In this document: one piece after another, positions 47,702 to 56,873 of the stretch
Layout of the letters: the number at the start of each line of letters is the position of its first letter
Numbering within the stretch: the stretch's first letter is position 1
Virus record (IMG/VR): IMGVR_UViG_3300046820_001062
Location: 32,001 to 96,000 of that record
DNA from: a virus
Length of the DNA: 64,000 bases
Strand: one strand, 5' to 3'
Program-made: the position numbers and the translations under genes
Notes under the pieces: model-generated
Seen by the model: the letters and a program-made list of their open reading frames with translations, nothing else
What the model was told of the DNA's origin: nothing
Database searches by the model: none

Positions 47702-50431
47702 TTATTTACCGTCATATTTATTTTTATTTGTTTGTGCAATTTGTAATTCTTTTTGAGCAATTCTTTCTTTTGAAAGTAATTCCTGACGTTTTAACTCAAG
47801 TTTAGACTGCTCAGTAACTTGTTTATTCACTTCTTTTTCTCTTGCTAAAGATTGATCTGCTTGTTTAGCATTCTTTTTATCAAGATATTCAAGGGTGTCA
47901 ATATAATCATTCTGAGCATTTGCATCTCTATCCTGCATTGCTGTGTAACCAGCAGAGCGAATTTCAGCAACTCTCTCATCAGATTCTCTATCAAGTGCTT
48001 TCTGTTCAGCGTCAAACTTAAGTTTAGCCTCAAGACGTTTGCTTTCACCTTCTTGGCGCATTTTCTCAGTTTCTTGCATTGCTTGCATTTCTTGTTGTTT
48101 AGCAGCAGATGTTTTCTCTTCAATAGACTTCATAACATGAGTAATTTCAGCCATAGAATCAGCCTTGATAATATTACCCAAGTCATAGATGGATGCACCT
48201 GAAGTATTATTAGAAATTGCAAGTGAGCGTATTTGCTCAATTACTTGTCTCTGATTAACCTTTGTTGAGATAAAAATGTTCAAGTCTCTAGCCAATAATT
48301 CAGTACCATTAATTTCAAAGTTAACCTTTTCATCCATGGTAGTCAAATATTGCAACCTTAAACTTGGTTTATTTGAATGGTAATACTGAGAAAGGTCTGT
48401 ACGCATTTGATGTACACGTGGCATCAAATACTCAGAGTGTTGAGTAAAGTAAGGTTCAGTTTGAGAATAACTCATGTTGATTGCTTGCTCTATACCCTGT
48501 GCGGTTTCTTGTGCATTTACAGCACCCATACGCTGAGGTGATAAACCAATTGCTTCAAAACACTGATTCTTAAAGTAGTTAGATAATTGAATACGTGACA
48601 TCAAACGGTTTGTTTGTTCAAGATTCAATACTTGGTAATGTTGGAAGTTTAAGGCATTTTCTGTATTTGTAATAGAAGTATCCAATGGTAACATTTGGAA
48701 GTTCTTCATTGCCACATACGCTTTAGAGAAATTATCCTTACCCCAATCTTCACCCATTGAGTGACGTGGTAAAGCATTCTGATCCAACATGATAACTGTA
48801 CCTAATTCATCTACAAGGATATCAGCTATCTGGTTATTGACCAAGTTATAACCAACTTGATAAGGTTTCATTTTGTCTACAAGAGACATAGATTTTGTAT
48901 TTCTATCAGAGAATACAGCACCTTCTACTGGGAGTTTACAGCCATATAGTGTAAAATCTCCTTTGAACTGGAAACGTACAGGTTTTACATCAAGATACAT
49001 TGGAGCAAATCCAAAGATATCATGATTGCCATAGTAAGCTGGTCTGTTGGGACCAATCTTGACACCTCCCCAAGTTTCATTAATCCAGATCCAATCAATG
49101 TGTTCTCCATATACTAATGTTTCTCTATTTTTATTTTTGATAACTGTAGTATCATAAACAGGCTTATCTGTAACCTTATATGACTCATCTACAATCATGT
49201 CAATCAACATACCATTTTCATCAATTCTTGATAAGTGACCAACCATGCGTTGTGACTTCCAGTATACAGTAGTCACACGTAACATACCCATATCTTTAAA
49301 CTCTTGTAAGTCTTCTGACTCATTTAGAATTTTAAAGATAATGTCATCACCTGTATTCATGTGCATTTCACTAGCACTTAGGAATTGACGCATTCCTAAT
49401 GATGGACCATTTGTATTCCAATCATGAGATCTTGTTGCGTCATAGAATGAACCATCATTCTGAACGCCAGGGATATTATAACCAGCTGATTTTACAGGAT
49501 AGATTGCCTCCAAACTTTCAAGTTGATCTTCATCCATCATGTAACCATACTTATCAATAACATCAGCCAATGTAAGTAAGTCAACTCTACCAACCCAATT
49601 AGATTGTGAAATATATCTTGCTTCAGGAGATTTATGATAGAATGTTAAAAGTGGATTCCACAACTCAACTTCATAATCATCTTCTGTCATTTTGAAATGC
49701 CAAAACTCTCTATCTGTAATAAGCATATCTCTAAAGGCCATATTCTCTAATTCTTTCATAGAGAATCTTTCCTCATCCACATTATGCTGGTGTGTAGCCC
49801 ATTCTTCTACAAGTGATCTATAATCCTTTTTAAAGAAAGCTTCAATTTCAGGTAAAGATTTAATACTCTCAGGAGACATTAATTGTTGAGCTTGAGCTGC
49901 TTGTTCTTCATCTTCAAGATTTAATCCCATTTTCTCAATGGTTTCTTGCATCTTTTTTTCTGCTCTAGCAACAAGAACTTCTTCTACCATTGCACGTTTT
50001 GCTTCAATCATCTCATTATATGAGATATCATCAACTGCGCGGTATGTGATTTTGTCATTACGTTTAGCAAATTCTCCTGTGAGAACATTAATAACATTTG
50101 GTACAATAGGAAAGAACTTAAGTTCAAACGCACTCTGATCTTCTTTTGTCAGAACATCAATAAGTTCAGCTACTTCATTGTCTTCTTCTACAATGTAGTC
50201 TGACTTGTCAATAATACCATTTGCAAGCTTGTAATTTTTCAACAACCTTCTGGCATTTCTGCGTATCTGCTTAAGACCTTGCATTTCAAACCAGTCTAGG
50301 TTCCATGCTCCCCAAGCTTCATCTTTATCTTTTCTACGCAGAAATTGAACAGGCTGAGTTAGAGTACCCATTTTATTGTTCTCTACCTTAGCTCCATTTT
50401 TAAGCTGCATTGCGTTAACTACTGTTGGCAT
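47702..50431 (-). CDS. Portal protein (909 aa)
   Basis: Directly follows terminase. Contains FFPIVPNVINVLTGEFAKR, DMLITDREFW, GVKIG, SLVDKMKPYQ..YN, GLSPQRMG and a C-terminal coiled coil, as in crAss-like portals. Confidence 0.88.
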   Translation of the reverse strand: MPTVVNAMQLKNGAKVENNKMGTLTQPVQFLRRKDKDEAWGAWNLDWFEMQGLKQIRRNARRLLKNYKLANGIIDKSDYIVEEDNEVAELIDVLTKEDQSAFELKFFPIVPNVINVLTGEFAKRNDKITYRAVDDISYNEMIEAKRAMVEEVLVARAEKKMQETIEKMGLNLEDEEQAAQAQQLMSPESIKSLPEIEAFFKKDYRSLVEEWATHQHNVDEERFSMKELENMAFRDMLITDREFWHFKMTEDDYEVELWNPLLTFYHKSPEARYISQSNWVGRVDLLTLADVIDKYGYMMDEDQLESLEAIYPVKSAGYNIPGVQNDGSFYDATRSHDWNTNGPSLGMRQFLSASEMHMNTGDDIIFKILNESEDLQEFKDMGMLRVTTVYWKSQRMVGHLSRIDENGMLIDMIVDESYKVTDKPVYDTTVIKNKNRETLVYGEHIDWIWINETWGGVKIGPNRPAYYGNHDIFGFAPMYLDVKPVRFQFKGDFTLYGCKLPVEGAVFSDRNTKSMSLVDKMKPYQVGYNLVNNQIADILVDELGTVIMLDQNALPRHSMGEDWGKDNFSKAYVAMKNFQMLPLDTSITNTENALNFQHYQVLNLEQTNRLMSRIQLSNYFKNQCFEAIGLSPQRMGAVNAQETAQGIEQAINMSYSQTEPYFTQHSEYLMPRVHQMRTDLSQYYHSNKPSLRLQYLTTMDEKVNFEINGTELLARDLNIFISTKVNQRQVIEQIRSLAISNNTSGASIYDLGNIIKADSMAEITHVMKSIEEKTSAAKQQEMQAMQETEKMRQEGESKRLEAKLKFDAEQKALDRESDERVAEIRSAGYTAMQDRDANAQNDYIDTLEYLDKKNAKQADQSLAREKEVNKQVTEQSKLELKRQELLSKERIAQKELQIAQTNKNKYDGK

Positions 50432-50453
50432 AACCTTATGTATTTACTTTTAT

Positions 50454-52652
50454 TTATCTAATGTTTTTGAAAGGATTTCTAGGCTTTCTCAACTGTGTAG
50501 ATGATGTGTGCTCATTCCCAAAATGGCGGAAAGGGCTCACTCTTAATTTAGCATTTTTATTTGATTTATCCAAATTAGCGTCATCTCTTTCAACACGTTT
50601 TGAGTATCCTCTGTTTGACTCTTGAACTTTGGCAAATGCGACTAAAGCACAGAATGCTACAAGTCTATCCACGTTTAGTCCTTCTTTGTATGCTGCCATT
50701 TCTCTTAACAGCATGATATCTGGTATTCTTTCAATACCATATGTTTGTTTTACTATAGTACCATCTGCCATGGTTTCTTGGTCTAATTCTTCCTCCAGAA
50801 ACTGTATAGCATATGAGATTAAGTTTGTTTTAAATAGTGTTCCTACGTTTCTCCAACCATACTCTTGATAAACGTTTGTATTGCTGGACAGTTCTTTCAG
50901 AAATAAGATCTGATTTTTGGGAACCAAATATCTTTGTTTTCTTCTAGAAATCATATACTGAATAAACAAGCTAATGTTATTCTCCACAATAGTCCATGCA
51001 TTGTACCATTCTATGATCATTTCAAGACGCTCATGTGTTTTATTAAGGTCATCAAAACGCCCACACCAACTAGCTACAATTTTATCTCTTTCTATGTGCT
51101 GTTCAATAGTACCATCTGCTTTGTGTTTAGTAACCTCTTGTGCTGTCTTATAAACAAAGATAGAACAGAGTGAATCTGATGTGGTTGTTTTTCCTTCTGA
51201 TACAGGGTCAATAGAAGCATAATACGCCCCAAACTGTGGATCTTTTGATGGTCTTTCGTAGACAACTATAACACCTTCTTTATCAACTGTTTTTGGAGAT
51301 ATAGGAAACTCTGATATAGGAAGTTTGCGTGATTCTTTTGCAACAATCTTACCATGCTCATCTCTAGATAAGTCTACAAATTCTCTAAAGTATTCTTGAT
51401 CTTCAATTCTTCTTATCTGTTTTGTAACAAGATGTAATGGAAATTTAGAAACTTTTCTATACGCAAATGCTTCTTCAATGTTAATAGGTTTCTGAGAAAT
51501 ACGTAACTGATAGTCTTCTGGTTTAAGATTTCTTTTCCATTCTTCTCTTTCAGCAAGAATCATTTCTAATGCCTTGTCAACCAATGAGTTACCAAATTCA
51601 TCTATGCAAGGAAGCATTGACCATTGCTCAGGAATAAATAAGCCACACTCAGCAATCTGCCCTTCAGCATTTACAAGATTTGTTTCTACTGCAAGTACAT
51701 CTTTAGAAATAGGATTCATGATCATTTCTTTCAATGGCTCACATTGTTCCAAGTCACCCACAGATCCTGCAGCCACAAACATACCTGTGTATGTCATACC
51801 TGATTTCATTGCAGGTAATAAATACTCCACTGTCTCATTCATCTTAGGGGCAATACCTGCCTCCTCATGATAGAATAATGTACAAGGACCCCCTACACCA
51901 TTTGTTGGATCTTTCTCAAGAGCAAGTCCAAATATTACAGACTTTAAACCAACATCACGTTTTTTACCTCCTTGATTAACTTCAATCTTTTGTTCCCAGT
52001 TCAAAACTTTATCAGGATTACAAGGTCTATACCATGCAGTATGTGTATTCAAGAAGTTTCTATATTCTTCTAGAAAACGCCAAGTACCTTTTTCATTTAT
52101 ATAATCCTTCAGGGAACCAGCCATTTTGTTTATAGCACCTTCCTCAAAGTAAAACAGGTTAATCATTTTTCCTGCGTGGAAATAAGAGGATGCAATCTGA
52201 CGTTTCTTTAAAATAGCAGCGTGCTTAGAAGATTGCTTTGCAATTTCCTCATACAATGCCATATGGTATTGGGCGTCCCTTACATCAGCAAATGTAAACT
52301 TTGCTACTTCCTTATTGTAAATAGGTAAAAAGTTAATCCACATGTAGTAGTCTCTTGCTAAAAACCATGTGTTCTTTTTGCCTTTAAAAATAACTCCTTT
52401 TCTACATTTTTCTTTTTGGTCATCCCAATATTGAATGTAGTCTTTTGATCTTAATGGAGCTGTGCAAAATAATCTAAACTTATTAAACTTTCTAGCTTCT
52501 GCGTTAAACAACAATGATGTTTCATCAAACTCATATTTTCCTGGTTCTTTAAAAATGGACCATAGAAATTCTACATACGCTTCTTTTGTCTCAAAGTCTG
52601 TGTGAGACCATGATTCAGTTTTAACATCATATGTTGGTATACTCAAATACAT
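50454..52652 (-). CDS. terL: Terminase large subunit (732 aa)
   Basis: Walker A variant ILKKRQIASSY, Walker B LFYHEEAG, coupling AAGSVGD, RNase H-like nuclease ASIDPVSEGK...SDSLCS, IVENN, NVDRLVAF. No intein or intron visible. Confidence 0.92.
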   Translation of the reverse strand: MYLSIPTYDVKTESWSHTDFETKEAYVEFLWSIFKEPGKYEFDETSLLFNAEARKFNKFRLFCTAPLRSKDYIQYWDDQKEKCRKGVIFKGKKNTWFLARDYYMWINFLPIYNKEVAKFTFADVRDAQYHMALYEEIAKQSSKHAAILKKRQIASSYFHAGKMINLFYFEEGAINKMAGSLKDYINEKGTWRFLEEYRNFLNTHTAWYRPCNPDKVLNWEQKIEVNQGGKKRDVGLKSVIFGLALEKDPTNGVGGPCTLFYHEEAGIAPKMNETVEYLLPAMKSGMTYTGMFVAAGSVGDLEQCEPLKEMIMNPISKDVLAVETNLVNAEGQIAECGLFIPEQWSMLPCIDEFGNSLVDKALEMILAEREEWKRNLKPEDYQLRISQKPINIEEAFAYRKVSKFPLHLVTKQIRRIEDQEYFREFVDLSRDEHGKIVAKESRKLPISEFPISPKTVDKEGVIVVYERPSKDPQFGAYYASIDPVSEGKTTTSDSLCSIFVYKTAQEVTKHKADGTIEQHIERDKIVASWCGRFDDLNKTHERLEMIIEWYNAWTIVENNISLFIQYMISRRKQRYLVPKNQILFLKELSSNTNVYQEYGWRNVGTLFKTNLISYAIQFLEEELDQETMADGTIVKQTYGIERIPDIMLLREMAAYKEGLNVDRLVAFCALVAFAKVQESNRGYSKRVERDDANLDKSNKNAKLRVSPFRHFGNEHTSSTQLRKPRNPFKNIR

Positions 52653-52654
52653 AA

Positions 52655-52870
52655 TTAGTCTTTAGGTTCTTCTACAATCAACTTCAATGTGCTACCATCA
52701 CTATAGTTCCAGATTCTTTGTTTTACAACATATGTATCTGATCCAATAGAAATCCAGTCACCTTTTGATGGTGTATTTTTTACAAGTCTTGATGTCAAGT
52801 ATCCATCAGATACATGCACAATTTCTACTCTTGTAGTTCTATTTCTCTCCAGTTCTTCGTGTAAGCTCAT
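52655..52870 (-). CDS. Hypothetical protein (71 aa)
   Basis: ORF tightly abutting the terminase start. Confidence 0.5.
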   Translation of the reverse strand: MSLHEELERNRTTRVEIVHVSDGYLTSRLVKNTPSKGDWISIGSDTYVVKQRIWNYSDGSTLKLIVEEPKD

Positions 52871-53099
52871 CTAATAATTTTTTGTCACCATTAGTTTTCT
52901 TAATTATTTCTTGAACAGTTTCAATTTTACTTGATCTGATTATAGCGTGTTTTGATTCACTGCCATTCCAGTAAGCAAAGTAATCATCTCTGTGGAAACC
53001 TGTCCAAGTAGAAGAATAGGCATTATAATGGAACACCCAATCGTAGCATGATAAATCCATATATAGTTGTTGTTGTTTTAATTTTTTATCCTTGATCAT
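52839..53099 (-). CDS. Hypothetical protein (~86 aa; real start probably ATG 53099 or 53060, not 53435)
   Basis: The C-terminal part of the 198-aa ORF-track call fills the gap downstream of the 171-aa gene. The upstream part is an out-of-frame overlap. Confidence 0.5.
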   Translation of the reverse strand: MIKDKKLKQQQLYMDLSCYDWVFHYNAYSSTWTGFHRDDYFAYWNGSESKHAIIRSSKIETVQEIIKKTNGDKKLLDELTRRTGEK

Positions 53100-53601
53100 A
53101 CGCAAGGTGTTGACCTCCGCGTACCTGACTCTTCTGCTCTTCCATGAGATCTTTGTACGCCCCTTTGAACGATAGACGTATCTGCTCAAACTTTGCTGCA
53201 GCATTAACCAAAGAATTGATGTTACCATCCCTGCCGTGCTCAATTGTAGTCGTCTCCATGTATTTTGCCAAGCCATCAAGCATGTGCTTAATACCCATAA
53301 AAGCCCTGTATGTAGGAGTCTCATAAAGTTTTTTGCATAACTCAAGAGCTGCGATAATTGCATCATCTTCTGTAGAAAAATCTGCATTAATTTGTGAAAG
53401 TATAAGTTCTTCTTTTTCATTTTCTGGTGTATCAAAAAAGGGATTTAAATCTGGGTTAGGGCAGGACATGTAGAATAGATATGCATAGACATTCATGTAA
53501 CTATCAGGGTACTCTACCATGATTCTTTTTAAGTATGATAGTGTATGACAATGTTCTGTTGGAACAAGTACACCATTTTCTAAGTCAAATAATTTTACCA
53601 T
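53086..53601 (-). CDS. Conserved helical protein upstream of terL, possible terminase small subunit (171 aa)
   Basis: AYLFYM..P...NPF, helical C-terminus, position upstream of terL. Small-subunit role is inferred only. Confidence 0.45.
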   Translation of the reverse strand: MVKLFDLENGVLVPTEHCHTLSYLKRIMVEYPDSYMNVYAYLFYMSCPNPDLNPFFDTPENEKEELILSQINADFSTEDDAIIAALELCKKLYETPTYRAFMGIKHMLDGLAKYMETTTIEHGRDGNINSLVNAAAKFEQIRLSFKGAYKDLMEEQKSQVRGGQHLAYDQG

Positions 53602-54446
53602 TAGTGTTTCTTTTTAATTACTTTATCTGCATTATTCTTGTACCAAGTCATAATTGCAAGTACCTCATCCTTTAGGTAAGGAAGTTCATATGGTACAATC
53701 TCTTTTATGATAGGTTCTCCATCTGCATTTAATTTAGAAACAGGGTAACCAAATTCATCTTTTTCATCTTCTTCCTCAAAAGAAATATGATGTATAATTA
53801 GTTTACCAGGTTTCAAGTTTGGGTTGTGTTTAAGAATCATGTACATGTAAATTGATAACTGCAAATTATAATGATTCAAATTGCAATCATCAAGGTGTGA
53901 TACTGGTGCATTCATTCTCTGAGAAACACCTTCCCAATTCTTAAAAGATTCTGTTTTAATTTCTTTGTTTGTTTTGTAGTCTGTGATGTGAACATATCCA
54001 TCAGCCACTTCTACTAAATCACTCTGTCCACAAATGCCGGCAGATCTCATGTAAACCATATGCTCAGGATAAATACCATCCATAAGTTTCTGAGAAGGTG
54101 CAACTTTCAAACCATGCTCATCTTGCATAGGTTTAATAACTGGCAATGTTTTGTCATAGCGAACTATGGTATCACAATTTGTGATATCTTGTTCTCTTTG
54201 GTCATGATACCAGTTACCTAATGTGCATGCTCTATCAGCTTCTTTCTTCCACGCTTCTTGTATTTGTTCTACTGTCATTCCAAACCATTTACTTTTTTTA
54301 CTTGTAGATGATTTCTTTGCAATATTTGTAGAATCAAATGGTTGTTTTAACGCACTGATTAATGTTGTTACACTTATCCATCTGGTATTATCAGAAGGAT
54401 CTACTGAAGTATAACTGTGGGTTTTTGGTTCAAATACTAAACTCAT
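53601..54446 (-). CDS. PD-(D/E)xK family nuclease (281 aa)
   Basis: ISVTTLI, GNWYH, PEHMVY, ICGQSDLV...ITDYKTNK and YNLQLSIY motifs of Cas4/RecB-like phage exonucleases. Confidence 0.82.
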   Translation of the reverse strand: MSLVFEPKTHSYTSVDPSDNTRWISVTTLISALKQPFDSTNIAKKSSTSKKSKWFGMTVEQIQEAWKKEADRACTLGNWYHDQREQDITNCDTIVRYDKTLPVIKPMQDEHGLKVAPSQKLMDGIYPEHMVYMRSAGICGQSDLVEVADGYVHITDYKTNKEIKTESFKNWEGVSQRMNAPVSHLDDCNLNHYNLQLSIYMYMILKHNPNLKPGKLIIHHISFEEEDEKDEFGYPVSKLNADGEPIIKEIVPYELPYLKDEVLAIMTWYKNNADKVIKKKH

Positions 54447-54453
54447 ACTTAGT

Positions 54454-54765
54454 TTATTTATTAATACTCTGTCTAATTAAATCTTCTTCTTCCTGTGATG
54501 TTACAGCAAGCCAAAATCCTTTTGGACATGCTGATGATAAAGATCTTGTCTTTAACTTTAATGAACATCCACATTCAGAACAACATGGTTGTGTACCAAT
54601 AACAGCACACTTGTCTCCTTTCAAATCAATGTAAGGACACTTTACGCAAACTTCATTTCTTGAGAATGCAATCTCTTCAATGTGTTCTTTCTTGAAAATG
54701 TTATTCTTAACACCTTCAAAAATCTTGTTGCGTTCTTTCCAGATTTTAATTGTATTATTCAACAT
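54454..54765 (-). CDS. Small Cys-rich (zinc-binding-like) protein (103 aa)
   Basis: R.EVCVKCP...C...CCSECGC.LK.KTR..S..CPKGFW. Confidence 0.6.
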   Translation of the reverse strand: MLNNTIKIWKERNKIFEGVKNNIFKKEHIEEIAFSRNEVCVKCPYIDLKGDKCAVIGTQPCCSECGCSLKLKTRSLSSACPKGFWLAVTSQEEEDLIRQSINK

Positions 54766-55138
54766 TGTCTAAATAGTTTTCTTTTAGTTTAATTACTTCT
54801 TTTTTTCTCTGTTGTTCTTGATCCATCTTTTCTAATATTGCTGTGTATTTTTCAATATCAGCTTTTACCTGTAAAGATGTCTCATACATTCTGATTGACT
54901 CAGAAGGATCTATCTTATTTAAAAAAGCAGTGTACTTTTCTAGTTTCTTCTCAACACGCTTTCTCATAAGCACAAAAGTTCCCATGTTGGGAACATTGAC
55001 AGATGGTGAAGACACTGCACTTAATTTCTTTTGTGTGGTTCTATAAAAGAACGCTACTACATCATCTACTACAAGATGATCTAGCCCCAATGACTCTGCT
55101 GTCTTTTTGGTAATTTCCTTACGCTTTGTTGGATTCAA
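54755..55138 (-). CDS. HU/IHF-like protein (127 aa)
   Basis: KEITKKTAESLGL....VDDVVAFFY......LS.....SVNVPNMGTF is an HU-type helix-turn-helix plus beta strand. Confidence 0.6.
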   Translation of the reverse strand: MNPTKRKEITKKTAESLGLDHLVVDDVVAFFYRTTQKKLSAVSSPSVNVPNMGTFVLMRKRVEKKLEKYTAFLNKIDPSESIRMYETSLQVKADIEKYTAILEKMDQEQQRKKEVIKLKENYLDNVE

Positions 55139-55514
55139 GTGCTAATATGTTATAGTCTAACAATACATTTCCTTTGCCATAAATGTTTAGTGATGGAGCC
55201 AATTGTATTTGTCTCTTTCCATCATTAATCTTTTGTACAATACCACGCTTTTCTAGCTTGGCCATTCTGTTACGCACGTTTTGTGCACGCACAGAAAACT
55301 CTTCCATTTCAATGTTCTTGTACAATCTTTTGGCAGCAGCATTACAGAACTTACCTAACTCAATAGGACCCCATAATGCAAGTAGTGTTAACAGTTCAAT
55401 ATCAGATGGTATTAAATGTTCTTTTTTGAAGAATATTAATTCTGTAATGATCTGATATTTAACCAATTCATAAGAGCTAACTCTAATCTTTTTTTGAACT
55501 CTGTTTACTTCCAT
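55119..55514 (-). CDS. Winged-helix-like protein (131 aa)
   Basis: DIELLTLLA...AQNVRNRMAKLEKRGIVQK resembles a wHTH recognition helix and wing. Confidence 0.5.
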   Translation of the reverse strand: MEVNRVQKKIRVSSYELVKYQIITELIFFKKEHLIPSDIELLTLLALWGPIELGKFCNAAAKRLYKNIEMEEFSVRAQNVRNRMAKLEKRGIVQKINDGKRQIQLAPSLNIYGKGNVLLDYNILALESNKA

Positions 55515-55537
55515 GGTTTTTTAATTTTTTAATTATT

Positions 55538-55660
55538 GTACCAATCACTCAGGAATTTCACCTGAACTACTCTCTCAACTTAGAACTGCGATTCTTTTGT
55601 TGATCTGTTCCACCAAACAGAATGAGTAATGCTTTTTCTACGCTTACATCAGTGTGGTAC
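55538..55660 (-). ncRNA. Candidate small structured RNA downstream of tRNA-Met
   Basis: Terminal helix gtacca-atcac (55538-55548) with gtg-tggtac (55652-55660). Internal hairpins tcagg/cctga and ctgtt/aacag. Confidence 0.35.
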
Positions 55661-55690
55661 TGGCGACTCCTGCATGGCATGCACCTTTTG

Positions 55691-55765
55691 TTGCGGGGGT
55701 AGGATTTGAACCTACGTTGTTTGGCTTATGAGACCAAGCTGGGACCTACTCCAGTCTACCCCGCC
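55691..55765 (-). tRNA. tRNA-Met(CAU), initiator-like, atypical D arm
   Basis: GGCGGGG...TTGGT CT CAT AA GCCAA...GTAGG TTCAAAT CCTAC CCCCGCA A. 1:72 mismatch. CCA not encoded. Confidence 0.85.
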
Positions 55766-55771
55766 AAACCT

Positions 55772-56026
55772 TTAATCCAGAATATTCTGAATCTTTGAAA
55801 TGGTCTTCTGAGTACTACTAAGAACCTTCTTAGTGCGATCAGCTTCAGCCATCAAATCATTGATTTGATTATTGACCATGTCAATATGTTTTACTTGTTC
55901 TTCTTCTAAAGATTGTAAACTAGTCAATGTAGTTACAAATCCTGCAAGGATAGCGTCTTTTCTTTCTTGAAATGATCTAGATGAACTTGACGTACCTGTA
56001 AACTTGCTAATGATGGTTTTTAACAT
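55772..56026 (-). CDS. Coiled-coil hypothetical protein (84 aa)
   Basis: Helical ORF between the GroES-like gene and tRNA-Met. Confidence 0.6.
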   Translation of the reverse strand: MLKTIISKFTGTSSSSRSFQERKDAILAGFVTTLTSLQSLEEEQVKHIDMVNNQINDLMAEADRTKKVLSSTQKTISKIQNILD

Positions 56027-56043
56027 AGTAATAAGTTTTAAGG

Positions 56044-56331
56044 TTACCAGATAATTGCAATATCTCTTTCTGCAATCATTAATTTTAAATCTTCTCCAAT
56101 AGAAACTACTCCAGCATTCTGAAGTGAATATGTTTCTACAAATACTTTGTCTCCTGCTGCAACAAGAGTAACCTCATCACCCACAGCAAATACTTCTAAT
56201 GCTGTCCATTTTGCCATCATTTCAGCTTCCATTGCTGCTTCAGCTTCAGGTGATAACAACACCTTTGATTCTGGTTTTTTTGGTTTAGTAAGTAACACCC
56301 TTGTTCCTACTAGTTTTTTAAATTCTGCCAT
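56044..56331 (-). CDS. groES: GroES/Cpn10-like co-chaperonin (95 aa)
   Basis: KLVGTRVLL...SKVLL...VFAVGDEV..VAAGDKVFV...LMIAERDIAII follows the Cpn10 pattern (PL.DRVLV...V.AVG....V..GD.V......E.DILA). Confidence 0.75.
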   Translation of the reverse strand: MAEFKKLVGTRVLLTKPKKPESKVLLSPEAEAAMEAEMMAKWTALEVFAVGDEVTLVAAGDKVFVETYSLQNAGVVSIGEDLKLMIAERDIAIIW

Positions 56332-56361
56332 TGTTTATATTTATTTGGTTATTAAAATTTG

Positions 56362-56434
56362 AGCCTTCTGTAGGAGTTGAACCCACAACCTGCTGAGTAC
56401 AAATCAGCTGCTCTACCAATTGAGCTAAGAAGGC
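56362..56434 (-). tRNA. tRNA-Thr(UGU)
   Basis: GCCTTCT TA GCTC AATTGGTA GAGC A GCTGA TT TGT AC TCAGC AGGTT GTGGG TTCAACT CCTAC AGAAGGC T. Confidence 0.92.
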
Positions 56435-56439
56435 TTTTG

Positions 56440-56513
56440 TGATCCCACTAGGATTTGAACCTAGAACCTACAGCTTAGAAGGCTGTTGCTCTATCCAATT
56501 GAGCTATGAGACC
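56440..56513 (-). tRNA. tRNA-Arg(UCU)
   Basis: GGTCTCA TA GCTC AATTGGATA GAGC A ACAGC CT TCT AA GCTGT AGGTT CTAGG TTCAAAT CCTAG TGGGATC A. Confidence 0.93.
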
Positions 56514-56522
56514 TCATTGTAA

Positions 56523-56824
56523 TTGATTTGTTGTTTGGTGGGACTACTGAATACCCACAAGTCCAACACACGCCCCTTTTCACCCATAGCCCAAGCAGAT
56601 GATCAGTCAGCTTGTTAATGACTAGCTGGATTGACTACCAGCACCTGCTGCGGAGATCAGATAGTATATGTCTTCACAGGACCTCAGAGCTTATTGGTTA
56701 CGCAACCTTTAAGATGAGTGGTTTTAACTCACGTGCTTGACAGCGTCCCCCTCAAAACTTTTCAGTATTGGAAAAACCACATTAACCCCTCTCAAGAGTT
56801 TTTTCTGTCACAAACACAAATCAA
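56523..56824 (-). ncRNA. Candidate ~300-nt structured ncRNA in the tRNA operon
   Basis: No ORF >=60 aa and GC-richer than flanks. Closed by a near-perfect inverted repeat ttgatttgttgtttggtg (56523-56540) / cacaaacacaaatcaa (56809-56824). Internal helices such as gtggtttt/aaaaccac and gtggg/cccac. Confidence 0.55.
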
Positions 56825-56836
56825 ATGTCAAAGAAC
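56825..56836 (-). promoter_or_regulatory. boxA-like antitermination element GTTCTTTGACAT
   Basis: Resembles the rrn boxA consensus (GYTCTTT[AG]A[AC]A). Lies immediately 5' of the ncRNA-tRNA array. Confidence 0.55.
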
Positions 56837-56873
56837 AATGCAAGTTAGTTTAAACTTGCAAGGTTTAGTTTTT

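Noticed and set aside
50454-52652. Intein or group I intron in terminase (common in this group)
   Set aside because: Length and motif spacing are normal, with no splice motifs or homing endonuclease.
52839-53435. 198-aa ORF as called
   Set aside because: Its 5' part overlaps the 171-aa gene out of frame. Only the 3' ~86 codons are likely real.
10504-55455. Numerous 60-120 aa plus-strand ORFs opposite the structural genes, and out-of-frame minus ORFs (21898-22260, 33282-33512, 47845-48123)
   Set aside because: Shadow ORFs fully overlapping well-supported genes.
56523-56824. tmRNA, RNase P RNA or CRISPR array
   Set aside because: No tRNA-Ala-like ends or tag ORF, no RNase P conserved regions, and no regularly spaced direct repeats.
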